Part shown: piece by piece, positions 12,472-22,571 of the stretch
Numbering within the stretch: position 1 is the first letter of the stretch
How the letters are laid out: each line of letters begins with the position of its first letter
Source of the DNA: Candidatus Poribacteria bacterium
GTDB taxonomy: Bacteria > Poribacteria > WGA-4E > WGA-3G
Length of the DNA: 64,000 nt
Direction: 5' to 3'
Assembly: GCA_963665235.2 (NCBI GenBank)
Contig: CAXXLX010000001.1
Span: forward strand, 3,136,001-3,200,000
Translations under genes and position numbers: made by a program
The notes under the pieces: generated by a model
Seen by the model: only the letters and a program-made list of their open reading frames with translations
What the model was told of the DNA's origin: nothing
Databases searched by the model: none

Positions 12472-13734
12472 ATGGTTTTAAAATCGATCCGTTTAAAAAA
12501 CGTCAAATGTTTTTCTGATATTGCTCTATCATTTGAAGACGAGGGTGGCGATATCCGCAAGTGGACACTACTTCTCGCTGAAAATGGTGCTGGCAAGAGT
12601 ACGTTGCTGAAAGCCATCGCCCTTGCAACTGCGGGAAGTGATGCCATAGCTGATCTGTTAGGGAAACCTTCCGATTGGATTCGGTATCGGACCAGAGGAT
12701 GTGAAATCTCAGCCGTTTTGGGTACAAAGGAAGGAGAAGAGCGGGAGGTTCGCTTACAGCTTGAGTCTAAAGATACTCGGGCGGATATCATCGTAAAAAA
12801 TAGAGAACATCTCGCGTGGCTTGATAATGCCCTAAACCGAAAAAACAGAGACTATTTTGTTGTAGGCTGTGGGGCATCGCGACGGTTCCATACGGTAAAC
12901 AGCAGGAGAACAAAGACATCGGGATTTACGAGCAAAAGAGCCCAACGCGTCGCGACCCTATTTGATCTCGACGCAACCCTTACGCCAATTGATGGATGGG
13001 TAATGGATATGGACTACCTTGAAAACTGGACTGGGCGGGAAACTGTTCTAGGGGTGCTCAGCAATTTGTTACCGGAAATAAAGTTTGACAGTATTGATAA
13101 GCGGAGTGGTCATCTGCTGTTTCAGACACCGGATGGAATTGTGCCGTTACACTCCCTCAGTGACGGGTATCTTGCAATGGCGGCTTGGATAGGGGACCTA
13201 TTATTCCAAGTTTTAGACACCTTCGAGGACTTACAGAAAGAACCACTTACTGCAAGGGGGCTGCTTCTCATTGATGAGGTTGACCTGCATCTCCATCCAA
13301 AGCGGCAACGCGAACTGCTCTCGTTTCTCAATAAATGGTTACCGAATTTTCAATTCATTGTAACAACGCACTCACCTATGACAGCTCAACAGGCAGGCGA
13401 AGGGGAACTCTACTGCCTGATGCGCGAAGCCGGGGACATTCAAATCTATCCGTTTGCTGGTCCCCCGAAAATGCTTCTTTTACACCAATTGGTGATGACC
13501 CCCGCGTTTGGATTGGATACTGATGAATCAAAAGAGATTGAGGATATGAAGAATCGATACCGCTACCTCCGGGACAAAGCGGAAAAATCGGTTGAGGAAC
13601 GTGAGGAACTGAAGCAGCTGACCGAGCTGCTCACTGAGCTCCCTATTGGCGATAGATCAAATATAGGTGTTTCTGAAAAACACGCGGAACTTTTGCGAAA
13701 AATTGAGAAGGAATTGCGGGAGGGGAAAGTGTGA
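12472..13734 (+). CDS. ptuA: ABC/AAA-type ATPase, Septu PtuA-like
   Basis: Start ATG 12472 after GGAGG; Walker A ENGAGKST, signature LSDGY, Walker B LLIDEVDLHLHP, TTHSP; coupled to an HNH gene. Confidence 0.8.
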   Translation: MVLKSIRLKNVKCFSDIALSFEDEGGDIRKWTLLLAENGAGKSTLLKAIALATAGSDAIADLLGKPSDWIRYRTRGCEISAVLGTKEGEEREVRLQLESKDTRADIIVKNREHLAWLDNALNRKNRDYFVVGCGASRRFHTVNSRRTKTSGFTSKRAQRVATLFDLDATLTPIDGWVMDMDYLENWTGRETVLGVLSNLLPEIKFDSIDKRSGHLLFQTPDGIVPLHSLSDGYLAMAAWIGDLLFQVLDTFEDLQKEPLTARGLLLIDEVDLHLHPKRQRELLSFLNKWLPNFQFIVTTHSPMTAQQAGEGELYCLMREAGDIQIYPFAGPPKMLLLHQLVMTPAFGLDTDESKEIEDMKNRYRYLRDKAEKSVEEREELKQLTELLTELPIGDRSNIGVSEKHAELLRKIEKELREGKV

Positions 13735-14609
13735 TACCCTTGAAGAGGAGCCGTTCCGAGAAGGACATCTACCCCAACTTTCACGGCAAGGCAAAGAGAA
13801 CTTTTGAAAAGGAATTGCTGCTCAACCAGAGGCGTATCATGCGCGGCGAAATTCGAAAACACACTTTCAATAGCGAGCGCTGGAAAAAAGCGAAAAAACA
13901 ATTGCTTGCCGAGACAGGCGGTAAATGTGCCTACTGCGAAGTATCAATTTCAGAGGCCGCGTTCGGGGATGTTGAACATTATCGCCCCAAGAGTAAGTAT
14001 TGGTGGCTCGCTTACTGCTATGACAATTATCTTGCCTCATGTCAACTGTGCAATCAGAAGTACAAGAAAGATGCTTTTCCTGTCCAAAATTGGCGGATGT
14101 GGCAACCTATAATTTGGAGCGACATATCAGACGAATTTATAGCGGCTATAACAGGGACAATCGCGCCCGACCCGTTGAATAAAACGCAGGTTAACGCCTT
14201 CATCCACCGCCATGAACAGGAACGTCCACTTCTGCTCAACCCTTATTTCGATGATCCTTCTGAATACTTTGCATGGAGAGCTGATGATGTACTGAGAGAA
14301 GTTGAAATCACTGCTAACCCTGACAGTCCGGAAGTTGAAACCATTGCTAACACAAGAAACCGTGAAGTTGAGTCTATTGCTGCAGCATCCATTGATCACT
14401 ATGGTTTGAATCGTAAGGAACTCAGAAATCGCAGATACAGGATTTACAAGCAGTATAGAAGATTCAAACAAATACTTGAAGATAATGGAATCAGTCCAGA
14501 AACTCGGAACCTGAGTATAAGTGCTATAGAAGAAATGAAGGCACCGGATGCCAGATTCGCAGGTATGATTCGGTACTTTGATGAACTTCCTTCTAAATCT
14601 GAACCTTGA
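13731..14609 (+). CDS. ptuB: HNH endonuclease, Septu PtuB-like
   Basis: CAYCE...VEHYRPK...YDNYLASCQLCN, LLLNPY; GTGA overlap with the ATPase stop. Confidence 0.8.
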   Translation: MIPLKRSRSEKDIYPNFHGKAKRTFEKELLLNQRRIMRGEIRKHTFNSERWKKAKKQLLAETGGKCAYCEVSISEAAFGDVEHYRPKSKYWWLAYCYDNYLASCQLCNQKYKKDAFPVQNWRMWQPIIWSDISDEFIAAITGTIAPDPLNKTQVNAFIHRHEQERPLLLNPYFDDPSEYFAWRADDVLREVEITANPDSPEVETIANTRNREVESIAAASIDHYGLNRKELRNRRYRIYKQYRRFKQILEDNGISPETRNLSISAIEEMKAPDARFAGMIRYFDELPSKSEP

Positions 14610-17098
14610 ATTGGAATATATTGCCCTATTCGTATAATTCGGAGACAACTATGTCTGAACGTTCCGCAGTCCAAGAGCCGATGCTCCAATACGCCGATGA
14701 AATAGGTTGGGAGTTTATCCCTCCATCAGAAGCGATGCAGATGCGTGGAGGTAATACCGCAGTGCTCTATTTTATCGATGTCTTGAGGACGCAACTCTTG
14801 AAACTCAACGCAGGTGTCATAGACGAAGTTAATTGCGATGAGATTATGCGGCAGCTGAGTATTCTCAAAGCGACCCTTGAGGGAAATTGGGAAGCCTTGT
14901 TGTGGATGCGCGGTGAAAAGTCAATTTTTGTTCCAAGCCAAAACCGCGAGCGCAATGTCACCCTAATTGATTTTGAAACCCCGACAATAATCGATTTCAC
15001 GTCACCGATGAATGGGAACAGCGAGGTGTTGTTCACACCAACCGCGCCGATGTTGTGTTTTTAATCAACGGCATCCCGGTGGCAGTCGTAGAGGCGAAAT
15101 CTGCTAAGAAGACAGATGGGGTAGCACTCGGTGTTGAACAGGTACGCCGTTACCACGACGAGACACCGGAGATGTTCACCACCGCGCAACTCTTCGGTGT
15201 CACACAACTGCTGGACCTCTTCTACGGCGTGACGTGGAACACCAGCCGCAAAAATCTGTTCAACTGGAAAATCGACGAACCCACCAACTACGAGCAGAAG
15301 GTTAAGACCTTCTTCGAGCGCGAACGTCTTTTGCAGGTGCTGCAGCAGTCCATTATCTTCCAGAGCAGAGACGACCAGCTCACCAAAATCGTGTTGCGTC
15401 AACACCAGACGCGTGCAGTGGAGAAAGTGATTGAGCGGGTTCACAATCCGGACAAACGGCGCGGGCTTGTCTGGCATACACAGGGCAGCGGTAAAACCCT
15501 CACGATGATAACCATTGCTGCTCGTCTCCTCCGCGGCGGAGAACAGACAGAAAAACCCACCGTGCTGATGGTCGTTGACCGCAATGAATTAGAGAGCCAA
15601 CTTTTTAAGAATATCACCGGTTATGGCATTACGACACCTGAGGTTGCAGAGAGTAAAGCGGCTTTAGAGAGAATCTTAGCCTCCGATTACAGAGGTTTGG
15701 TCGTATCAATGATTCATAAATTCGACAAGCGTCCGGCAAATCTTAACACCGGTGAGAACGTGATAGTATTGATAGACGAGGCGCACCGCACTACCGGCAG
15801 CAATTTTGGAAATTATCTGATGGCAGCTCTGCCTAACGCAACCTATATCGGTTTTACTGGAACACCTATCGATAGACTTTCTAAAGGTGAGGGAACGTTT
15901 AAGGTGTTCGGTGTAGATGATGAACAGGGGTATCTTGATAAATATGCAATCGCTGCATCTATTGAAGATGGCACAACTGTCTCGTTGAATTACGCGCTTG
16001 CCCCATCCGGTTTGCAGGTTGATTCTGACATATTAGACCGGGAATTTCTAAATCTTGCAGCATTGGAGGGCGTTAGTGACCTTGATGAACTGAACGCCAT
16101 TCTTGAACGTGCTGTCAATCTGAAAGCGATGATGAAAACCTCTGAGAGGGTAGATGGCATTGCAAAATACGTTGTCCAACATTTCCAAGACACTATAGAA
16201 CCGATGGGTTTCAAGGCGTTTCTGGTGGCTGTAGACCGTGAGGCGTGTGCTTCGTATAAAAAGGCATTGGATAAATATCTACCATCGGAATATTCGGAGG
16301 TTGTCTATTCCTCAAACAATAGAGATTCCGAGTTGATGAAAACGTATCACCACACATCGGCGCAGGAGAAGGAAATTCGTAAGCGATTCATTGACAAAAC
16401 ATCACAACCGAAGATTTTGATTGTAACTCAGAAATTGTTGACTGGCTTCGACGCGCCGATTCTTTACTGCATGTACCTCGATAAACCGATGCGCGACCAT
16501 GTGTTATTACAAGCAATTGCCCGTGTTAACCGACCCTACGAAGACGAAGATGGTTTGGTAAAACCCGCTGGTTTCGTCTTAGATTTTGTCGGCATCTTCG
16601 AAAACCTTAAAAAAGCACTCGCTTTCGATTCCGATGAAGTAGCGAGTGTGATTCAGAATATTGATGTGCTCGAAGCGGCTTTCGCCAAACGCATCCGCGA
16701 AGACGCAGCGGCATATTTACCCTTCACTAAAGGTTGGGATGATAAGGCGAAAGAACGAGCCATTGAACATTTTGAGGATAAGGACAAGCGAGAGGTTTTC
16801 TTCAAATTCTTCAGGGGGTTACAAAATCTCTATGACATTCTTTCACCGGATGCCTTCTTACGCGAATTCATAGCGGACTATCAGGCATTGGCAACCCTTT
16901 ATGGACTGATTCGTACCGCCTATTCCGATCGGATCTACGTTGATAAGGAGTTAACCGCCAAGACGCAAGAACTGTTGCAGGAGCATACGGAGAGCAATCC
17001 GTTTGAAGTGCCAGGGGCCGTTTATCAAGTCTTCCGCTACAAAACCCCCGTGCTTTAGCTGGGGGATGTAGTCGCGGCGCATGTACTAAAATTTTAAT

Positions 17099-17127
17099 TT
17101 GACATTCTACTAAAAATGAGGTATAAT
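17099..17127 (+). promoter_or_regulatory. Consensus sigma70 promoter of tnpA
   Basis: TTGACA 17099-17104, 17 bp, TATAAT 17122-17127. Confidence 0.8.
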
Positions 17128-17160
17128 ATATATATAATCTAACATAAAAAGGTTTTTAAA

Positions 17161-17574
17161 ATGAAGTTAGAAACACCCGAGTTAGTATATCAAAAGACAC
17201 GTTCCTCTACATACGCCTGTGAGTATCATATCATTTGGTGTACGAAATACAGGCGCACGGTTTTGTCTACTGAAATCCAAAATAGGTTTAAAGACCTTGT
17301 CTTAGAATCTCAAGATAAATACGGTTACGTTGTCCGTGCGGTGGAAACCATGACGGACCACGTGCATTTGTTGATTAGCATTCCTCCCACGGGAGCTGTT
17401 GGTATCATGATTGGCAAGATAAAAGCAATGACGGCAAAAGTGTTACGTGAGGAGTTTCCACACTTAAAATCAAGACTTCCGAATTTGTGGACACGCTCCT
17501 ATTTTGTTGCCTCTACAGGCGGTGTAACCCTCGATGTTTTAAAGCAGTATGTAGCAGATCAAAAAGGTGTATAG
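17161..17574 (+). CDS. tnpA: IS200/IS605 Y1 (HUH) transposase
   Basis: YHIIWCTKYRR, DHVHLL (HUH), LWTRSYF, catalytic Tyr in QYVADQ. Confidence 0.95.
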   Translation: MKLETPELVYQKTRSSTYACEYHIIWCTKYRRTVLSTEIQNRFKDLVLESQDKYGYVVRAVETMTDHVHLLISIPPTGAVGIMIGKIKAMTAKVLREEFPHLKSRLPNLWTRSYFVASTGGVTLDVLKQYVADQKGV

Positions 17575-18785
17575 TGCGAAACACAAAACACAAACTTTTT
17601 CACGATAAGACCTTAAAGCGTCTACATGACGACCTAAATATCTGTGGTGTTGTGCGAAATCACTTCATCGCCCTATCTATGCGATATTACCGTCGCTACG
17701 GTAAGGGTTTGTCGTATGGCAAAATGTCTGCGCACCTAACAAAACTAAAGAAACTGAAGAAGTATGCCCATTGGAATATTCCGTATTCCTGGGCGTTACA
17801 AAATGTGGTGAAACGCCTTGCTCAATCTTTTAGAGACATGCGGACGCACAAACGCGGGCACCCCCAATTCAAGAAATGCCACAAGCACAAAGGCATGACG
17901 TTTCGCGGTGAACAGGTGAAAATAGAAAAGTTGCTTGCCCCACAAAAGCACGAAAGAAATAATCCTACCTATAAAATTCGCCTAAACGGACACTGGTATC
18001 GTTTTGCTTTGCATCGCGAGATAAAAGGTGAAATTAAAGAAGTTCACGTCACCCGTGACGCACTCGGAGCCCTCTATATCACACTCACTGAAGACTATAG
18101 CGAAGTCCTACCCGAGCCCAAGACAGGTAAAGCTGAAGGGTTTGATATGGGTATCAAAGATTTCCTGACTGGCAGTGATGGTAAACGATATATGTCTCCT
18201 ATGTTCTACAAACAGAACGCGAAAGACTTAGCCAAGGCACAAAGGGCGTATTCACGCAAGGTTTCAGGTTCTAATAATCAAGCACGAAGTCGGCAGCAAG
18301 TTGCACTTATCCATAAGCGGACTGTGAATCAGAGAATAGACCACCATTGGAAACTTGCTATTGACCTCTGTCGGCAGTTTGATATTCTGTTCTTTGAAGA
18401 CCTAAATCTTAAGGGCATGAAACAGATTTTAGGGAAACAAGTATCGGACCTTGCTTTTGGTGAGTTCATGCAAAAACTGAAACACCAAGCGAAAAAGCGG
18501 ATACGTTTTGTGCTGAAGATTGACCGTTGGATACCCACAACAAAAACCTGTTCTGTTTGCGGAGATAAAAACGAAACACTCACGTTAGCAGATAGAGAAT
18601 GGACCTGTCCGAGTTGCTATACGCATCTTGACAGAGACCACAACGCTGCTATCAATATTCTTAAGGAGGGGGTAGCCTCCTTTGGGTTAGGTATTGTAAG
18701 ACCTATTGTTTTGTTCAACAAAATTGTAGGCATCACCGTTGAAGCCACCAGTCGGCTTCTGAATTCCACAAATGCTTTCGTCTAA
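17574..18785 (+). CDS. tnpB: RNA-guided endonuclease TnpB
   Basis: GTG start overlapping tnpA TAG; RuvC-I GFDMG, RuvC-II FEDL, Zn finger CSVC/CPSC, RuvC-III DRDHNAAINI. Confidence 0.93.
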   Translation: MRNTKHKLFHDKTLKRLHDDLNICGVVRNHFIALSMRYYRRYGKGLSYGKMSAHLTKLKKLKKYAHWNIPYSWALQNVVKRLAQSFRDMRTHKRGHPQFKKCHKHKGMTFRGEQVKIEKLLAPQKHERNNPTYKIRLNGHWYRFALHREIKGEIKEVHVTRDALGALYITLTEDYSEVLPEPKTGKAEGFDMGIKDFLTGSDGKRYMSPMFYKQNAKDLAKAQRAYSRKVSGSNNQARSRQQVALIHKRTVNQRIDHHWKLAIDLCRQFDILFFEDLNLKGMKQILGKQVSDLAFGEFMQKLKHQAKKRIRFVLKIDRWIPTTKTCSVCGDKNETLTLADREWTCPSCYTHLDRDHNAAINILKEGVASFGLGIVRPIVLFNKIVGITVEATSRLLNSTNAFV

Positions 18786-18847
18786 CATAGGACGGAAGCC
18801 CCCAGGCTTTAGCTGGGGGTCTATCACGAATTGAACGCGGACACCTT
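18650..18847 (+). ncRNA. Predicted TnpB omega/reRNA (scaffold to 18827, guide from right flank)
   Basis: Inferred from established TnpB biology; the 5' boundary is approximate and not visible in the sequence. Confidence 0.5.
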
Positions 18848-19321
18848 GCACAAAATGGATCAGAGCGATGCATCCGATACGGTCAAGGTGCAGAATTTAA
18901 GGAGGGTATTGCATCAGACGGTAGCAGACGAAGGCAAATCAAAACCTTTCCTCATCTCAATTGGTGAACGCGCAGAAGCGGTTGCAGAGGTTTATGAAAA
19001 TCGTCAGGTTGGAACGCAAGACATTTTAGCTGAATATAGGAGGTTAGCTGAAGAAGTTTCACGCGCTACAAGAGAACAGAATCAGATGGATATGGACCAG
19101 AATACCTATGCGGTCTATACGGTTCTCAGAAATGCTATAGAAGATGTTAACCCAGAGCAGGCGCGAGCCGTTAATCAGGTGTTTGCAGAATTTCCCGATT
19201 ATCGGTGGGATGACCATCAACAAAACCAGTTACGGAGGACACTCTACAAAACATTGAGACCCACTATCGGTAACGAAAACCTAATCGAAACGACGAACAA
19301 ATTGTTGAGGTTAGAACGCGT

Positions 19322-19636
19322 ATGAACACCGATAGAGCGGATTTGAAAGGAGCAGTGCGGCAGTGGGCAGTCCACATCGGTGTTGAGGTACGAGAGATTC
19401 ATCTACGGCACATGCAACGGAAGTGGGCATCTATATCCACGAACGGACGTTTAACCCTCAACACAGAGCTGCTCAGCATGCCCGAAACGTTGACAGAATT
19501 CGTGATTGTCCATGAGTTGGTACATCTGCTTGTCCCGAATCACGGCAAGTTGTTTAAGGGGTATATGTCCGCGTATCTGCCGGATTGGGAGGAACGGCAG
19601 TTCCGTTTAAAATCGTTATCTGTGGAGAACGTTTGA
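19322..19636 (+). CDS. Short M48/YgjP-like (DUF45) metallopeptidase commonly found after hsdR
   Basis: MQRKWAS, VIVHELVHL, NHG..F; ATGA overlap with the hsdR stop. Confidence 0.85.
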   Translation: MNTDRADLKGAVRQWAVHIGVEVREIHLRHMQRKWASISTNGRLTLNTELLSMPETLTEFVIVHELVHLLVPNHGKLFKGYMSAYLPDWEERQFRLKSLSVENV

Positions 19637-19735
19637 AAAAACTTTGATGCAGCGAATAAAATATGTTAAACTCTAAACGTAACGAAACATTTTACCTTTA
19701 CTGACCTCTTTTGCAGAAAAAATGTTGCAAGTATT

Positions 19736-20704
19736 ATGAAATCAAAATATAGCAAATCTCTACTCATTTCAATTGTACTACACCTCGGCATCGGCCTCAT
19801 AGGTTTCTTTTACTGGTTCGGCACCAACCCGATGGACGACACGCCAAGCATTGAAGCACTCTTTGTCCAGGCAGAAAAGCCGAAACCGAAACGGATACCG
19901 CCACCAAAACGTCCGCAAGTGCAACGCAAAACGACACGTCAGGTGAGCGAACCGAAACTGAAAATTCTCACGAGCAATCAACCGGCAACATACCGCGGAA
20001 TTGTTTCAGCTGCTGAGCCGACCGAGTTTCAACCGGTCGGTAAACTGAATCTGGCGGAAAGCGTCGAGCCCATGCCGACCCAAATTGAATTTCAAGAGAT
20101 ACCCCGCATACAGCGCGGCGTTGAACAGCCTATCAAGAAACAGCCAGAGACGGAAACCCGCTATAAGAGCCGTTTGGTTAAGTTCATTGAAGCGCAACCG
20201 GGCCCGCAAAGCATCGTCTACTGCGTCGACCTATCTAACAGCATGCAAGATTTGCCCGCCCATAAACTCAAAAAGATTATTGACCTCATGCGCAACTCGT
20301 TGACATTCCTTGAACCGCACGACCGCTTTAATATCATGGCGTTTAGTGCTGAATTAGTTATCTATCAGAAGCAGTTTGTCCCAGTGACAGCGGAGACGGT
20401 GACCGCCTCGGCAGTGTATTTAGCGAACATCACATCTCACATTCACACAGATGGTGCTGACCACGATATGCTAACAGCGTTGACAGAAACGGCAAAAACC
20501 GCGCCCACTATCGTTGTGCTCTTTAGCGATGGAATTCCGACCAGTATTGCTGTACCAAACCTCACGTTGATAAGCAGGCATGCTGAAGGGAATGGACAGA
20601 TTTTTGCTATGAGCATCGGGATGGCACCCGATTTTCCCGGTGCAGTGATGCTAAAGCAGCTTGCCACTGTGAGTAAAGGCGACTTTTGGCTTGTCGATAG
20701 GTAA
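19736..20704 (+). CDS. Membrane-anchored VWA-domain protein
   Basis: N-terminal TM (SIVLHLGIGLI), Pro/Lys-rich linker, MIDAS DLSNS, LFSDG. Confidence 0.8.
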   Translation: MKSKYSKSLLISIVLHLGIGLIGFFYWFGTNPMDDTPSIEALFVQAEKPKPKRIPPPKRPQVQRKTTRQVSEPKLKILTSNQPATYRGIVSAAEPTEFQPVGKLNLAESVEPMPTQIEFQEIPRIQRGVEQPIKKQPETETRYKSRLVKFIEAQPGPQSIVYCVDLSNSMQDLPAHKLKKIIDLMRNSLTFLEPHDRFNIMAFSAELVIYQKQFVPVTAETVTASAVYLANITSHIHTDGADHDMLTALTETAKTAPTIVVLFSDGIPTSIAVPNLTLISRHAEGNGQIFAMSIGMAPDFPGAVMLKQLATVSKGDFWLVDR

Positions 20705-20752
20705 AAAAGTCGTAGGCGGACACCGTTGCACCGTAACAAGAGAAATAACCGC

Positions 20753-22540
20753 ATGTCCCCATCATCAATTCACACGCGTGCAGAGAAAATTGCTGAAGGA
20801 TTGTATCCGCACCAAATAGAGGGTATCGCCTTTCTGCTTGGTCGTCGCCGCGCGCTTCTTGCTGACGATATGGGGCTCGGCAAAACCCGACAATCTATCA
20901 TCGCCATGGTTGAAGCGGAAGCGGAGGGCCCCTATCTCGTTATATGTCCGGCTTCTGTCAAACGGAATTGGGCACGCGAAATCCAAATCGTGCTTCCGAC
21001 AGCCAACCCCACTATTGTCGGCCCCGCACCGCTTCCATCAAATAATTACCGAGACTGGATTATCATCAACTACGCGCTGCTCGGTAAACATATAGAGGGT
21101 CTCCTCACATTTGACTGGAAAGGGGTTGTTTTTGACGAGGCGCATTACCTGAAAAATCATCAGAGCCAGCGCAGCCGGAACGCTACCAAACTACTCAAAG
21201 CGATTCCGCATGAGCCGATAGTCCACGCCTTAACCGGCACCCCGATGACGAATCGGCCCCGCGACCTTTTCCCACTCTTGCAATTAACAAATCACCCACT
21301 CGGCAAAAGTTTTCTCAGCTTCGCCAAGCGTTACTGTGATGCCTATCAGGGGGAATACGGTTTGGTAGCCGATGGCGCAAGCAATATTGAGGAATTAACT
21401 GTCCAGCTTCACGGAGTCATGCTGCGCCGCACTAAAAATGAGGTATTGGACCTACCCCCAAAGGTGCGAACGTGGTTGGATGTTGAACTGCACCCTTACG
21501 CCATTCAACACTTCAATAGTGCGGTCCGTGAGTTTCTGACCAAATTTGATGCAGCTGCACCTGTCGAGGCTTCTGAGGCGGAGCCGGAAAATTCGGGGCG
21601 GCGGCACGCTGTCGGTCGGTTAACCACTGCCCGCCGAAAGCTCGCCTTTGCCAAATGCAGGCAGACCACCAAGTTCGTCGAAAACGCCTTAGAACAGGGT
21701 GAAAAGGTTATCCTCTTCACTAATTTTCTCAATACAATGGAACGTTTCCACAAGCATTTCGGTGACCGAGCCGTTTTCGTCTCTGGTGAAGTGTCCGCCG
21801 AAGAACGACAAAATCGGGTTGACCAATTTCAAAACGACAAAAACGTCAGACTTTTCATCGCCAATATGCACACCGCCGGGGTAGGGATAAATCTAACGGC
21901 AGCACGCCAAATCGTCTTCAACGATTTAGATTGGGTTCCCGCAAATCACTGGCAGGCAGAAGACCGTGCTTACCGCATCGGGCAGACCGGAACTGTTAAC
22001 GTCACCTATATGATAGCGCGCGGCACGGTAGATGAATTTGTCAAAACTGTGCTGGAAACCAAAGCAGCACTTATGGCTGCTGTCGTTGAAGGCACACTGC
22101 TGATACCGAATAGCGAAGGTGAGGTGCAAACCGATGTCCTCAGCGAACTCAAGCGGATGATGAACATCCTCTCCGTACATGCCACCGATGTTGCGGAGAC
22201 AGAGCTGCACGGTGTACTCCAAAAAGCGAGCGACACCTATCTTGAAGAGAACGTCTCACATCTCAAGGAAGCTGCTCGGGTGCAGCTACGTCCCTATTCC
22301 GAAGAAGCCATCCGTACCTTAGTCCAAGTCCTCGCCGGTCCGAAGCGGCAGTGCTATCGTGTTGAGAGTTCATCACAAAACGGCAAGTTTTACACGTTGG
22401 AGGTTGTCGGGGTGGATGTGACCTGCGATTGTCCGGGCTTTACGCACCGCGGGAGCTGCCGACATGTCAGGCCTCTGAAAGCTGCGCTCGTTGCAGAAAA
22501 ACCACCCCCAGAAGAATATAGGAACGTTTCATCCGATTAG
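20753..22540 (+). CDS. SNF2-family helicase/ATPase with C-terminal SWIM zinc finger
   Basis: LADDMGLGKT, FDEAH, LTGTP, GVGINLT, QAEDRAYRIGQ; C-terminal CDCPGFTHRGSCRH. Confidence 0.9.
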   Translation: MSPSSIHTRAEKIAEGLYPHQIEGIAFLLGRRRALLADDMGLGKTRQSIIAMVEAEAEGPYLVICPASVKRNWAREIQIVLPTANPTIVGPAPLPSNNYRDWIIINYALLGKHIEGLLTFDWKGVVFDEAHYLKNHQSQRSRNATKLLKAIPHEPIVHALTGTPMTNRPRDLFPLLQLTNHPLGKSFLSFAKRYCDAYQGEYGLVADGASNIEELTVQLHGVMLRRTKNEVLDLPPKVRTWLDVELHPYAIQHFNSAVREFLTKFDAAAPVEASEAEPENSGRRHAVGRLTTARRKLAFAKCRQTTKFVENALEQGEKVILFTNFLNTMERFHKHFGDRAVFVSGEVSAEERQNRVDQFQNDKNVRLFIANMHTAGVGINLTAARQIVFNDLDWVPANHWQAEDRAYRIGQTGTVNVTYMIARGTVDEFVKTVLETKAALMAAVVEGTLLIPNSEGEVQTDVLSELKRMMNILSVHATDVAETELHGVLQKASDTYLEENVSHLKEAARVQLRPYSEEAIRTLVQVLAGPKRQCYRVESSSQNGKFYTLEVVGVDVTCDCPGFTHRGSCRHVRPLKAALVAEKPPPEEYRNVSSD

Positions 22541-22571
22541 GCGAAAGCATATCCAGCCGCTAAAAAACCCC

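Larger units (their letters stand above)
17026..18827 (+). mobile_element. IS200/IS605-family insertion sequence (tnpA + tnpB), inserted 3' of TTTAT
   Basis: Matching subterminal hairpins CCCCC...CTTTAGCTGGGGG at about 17045-17065 and 18799-18819; right end TCAC; no target duplication; removal restores the hsdR frame at this site. Confidence 0.93.
14651..19325 (+). pseudogene. hsdR: Type I R-M restriction subunit HsdR; 1-nt deletion near 14976-14982 and IS insertion at 17026-18827
   Basis: RADVVFLINGIPVAVVEAK, WHTQGSGKT, DEAHR, GFTGTP, LLTGFDAP, QAIARVNR; C-terminus resumes in frame at 18828 (PGAVY|ELNADTL). Confidence 0.92.

Noticed and set aside
12472-14609. Retron (Ec78-type) system
   Set aside because: PtuAB-like genes are present, but there is no reverse transcriptase or msr-msd inverted repeat nearby
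17487-17573. Upstream start for tnpB, and similarly the ORF-track starts at 12340, 30787 and 44842
   Set aside because: They overlap upstream genes or intergenic DNA; the downstream starts have RBS or coupling support
19736-22540. VWA + SNF2 as one defence system
   Set aside because: The VWA protein looks membrane-anchored and extracytoplasmic, with no MoxR partner; only adjacency links the two
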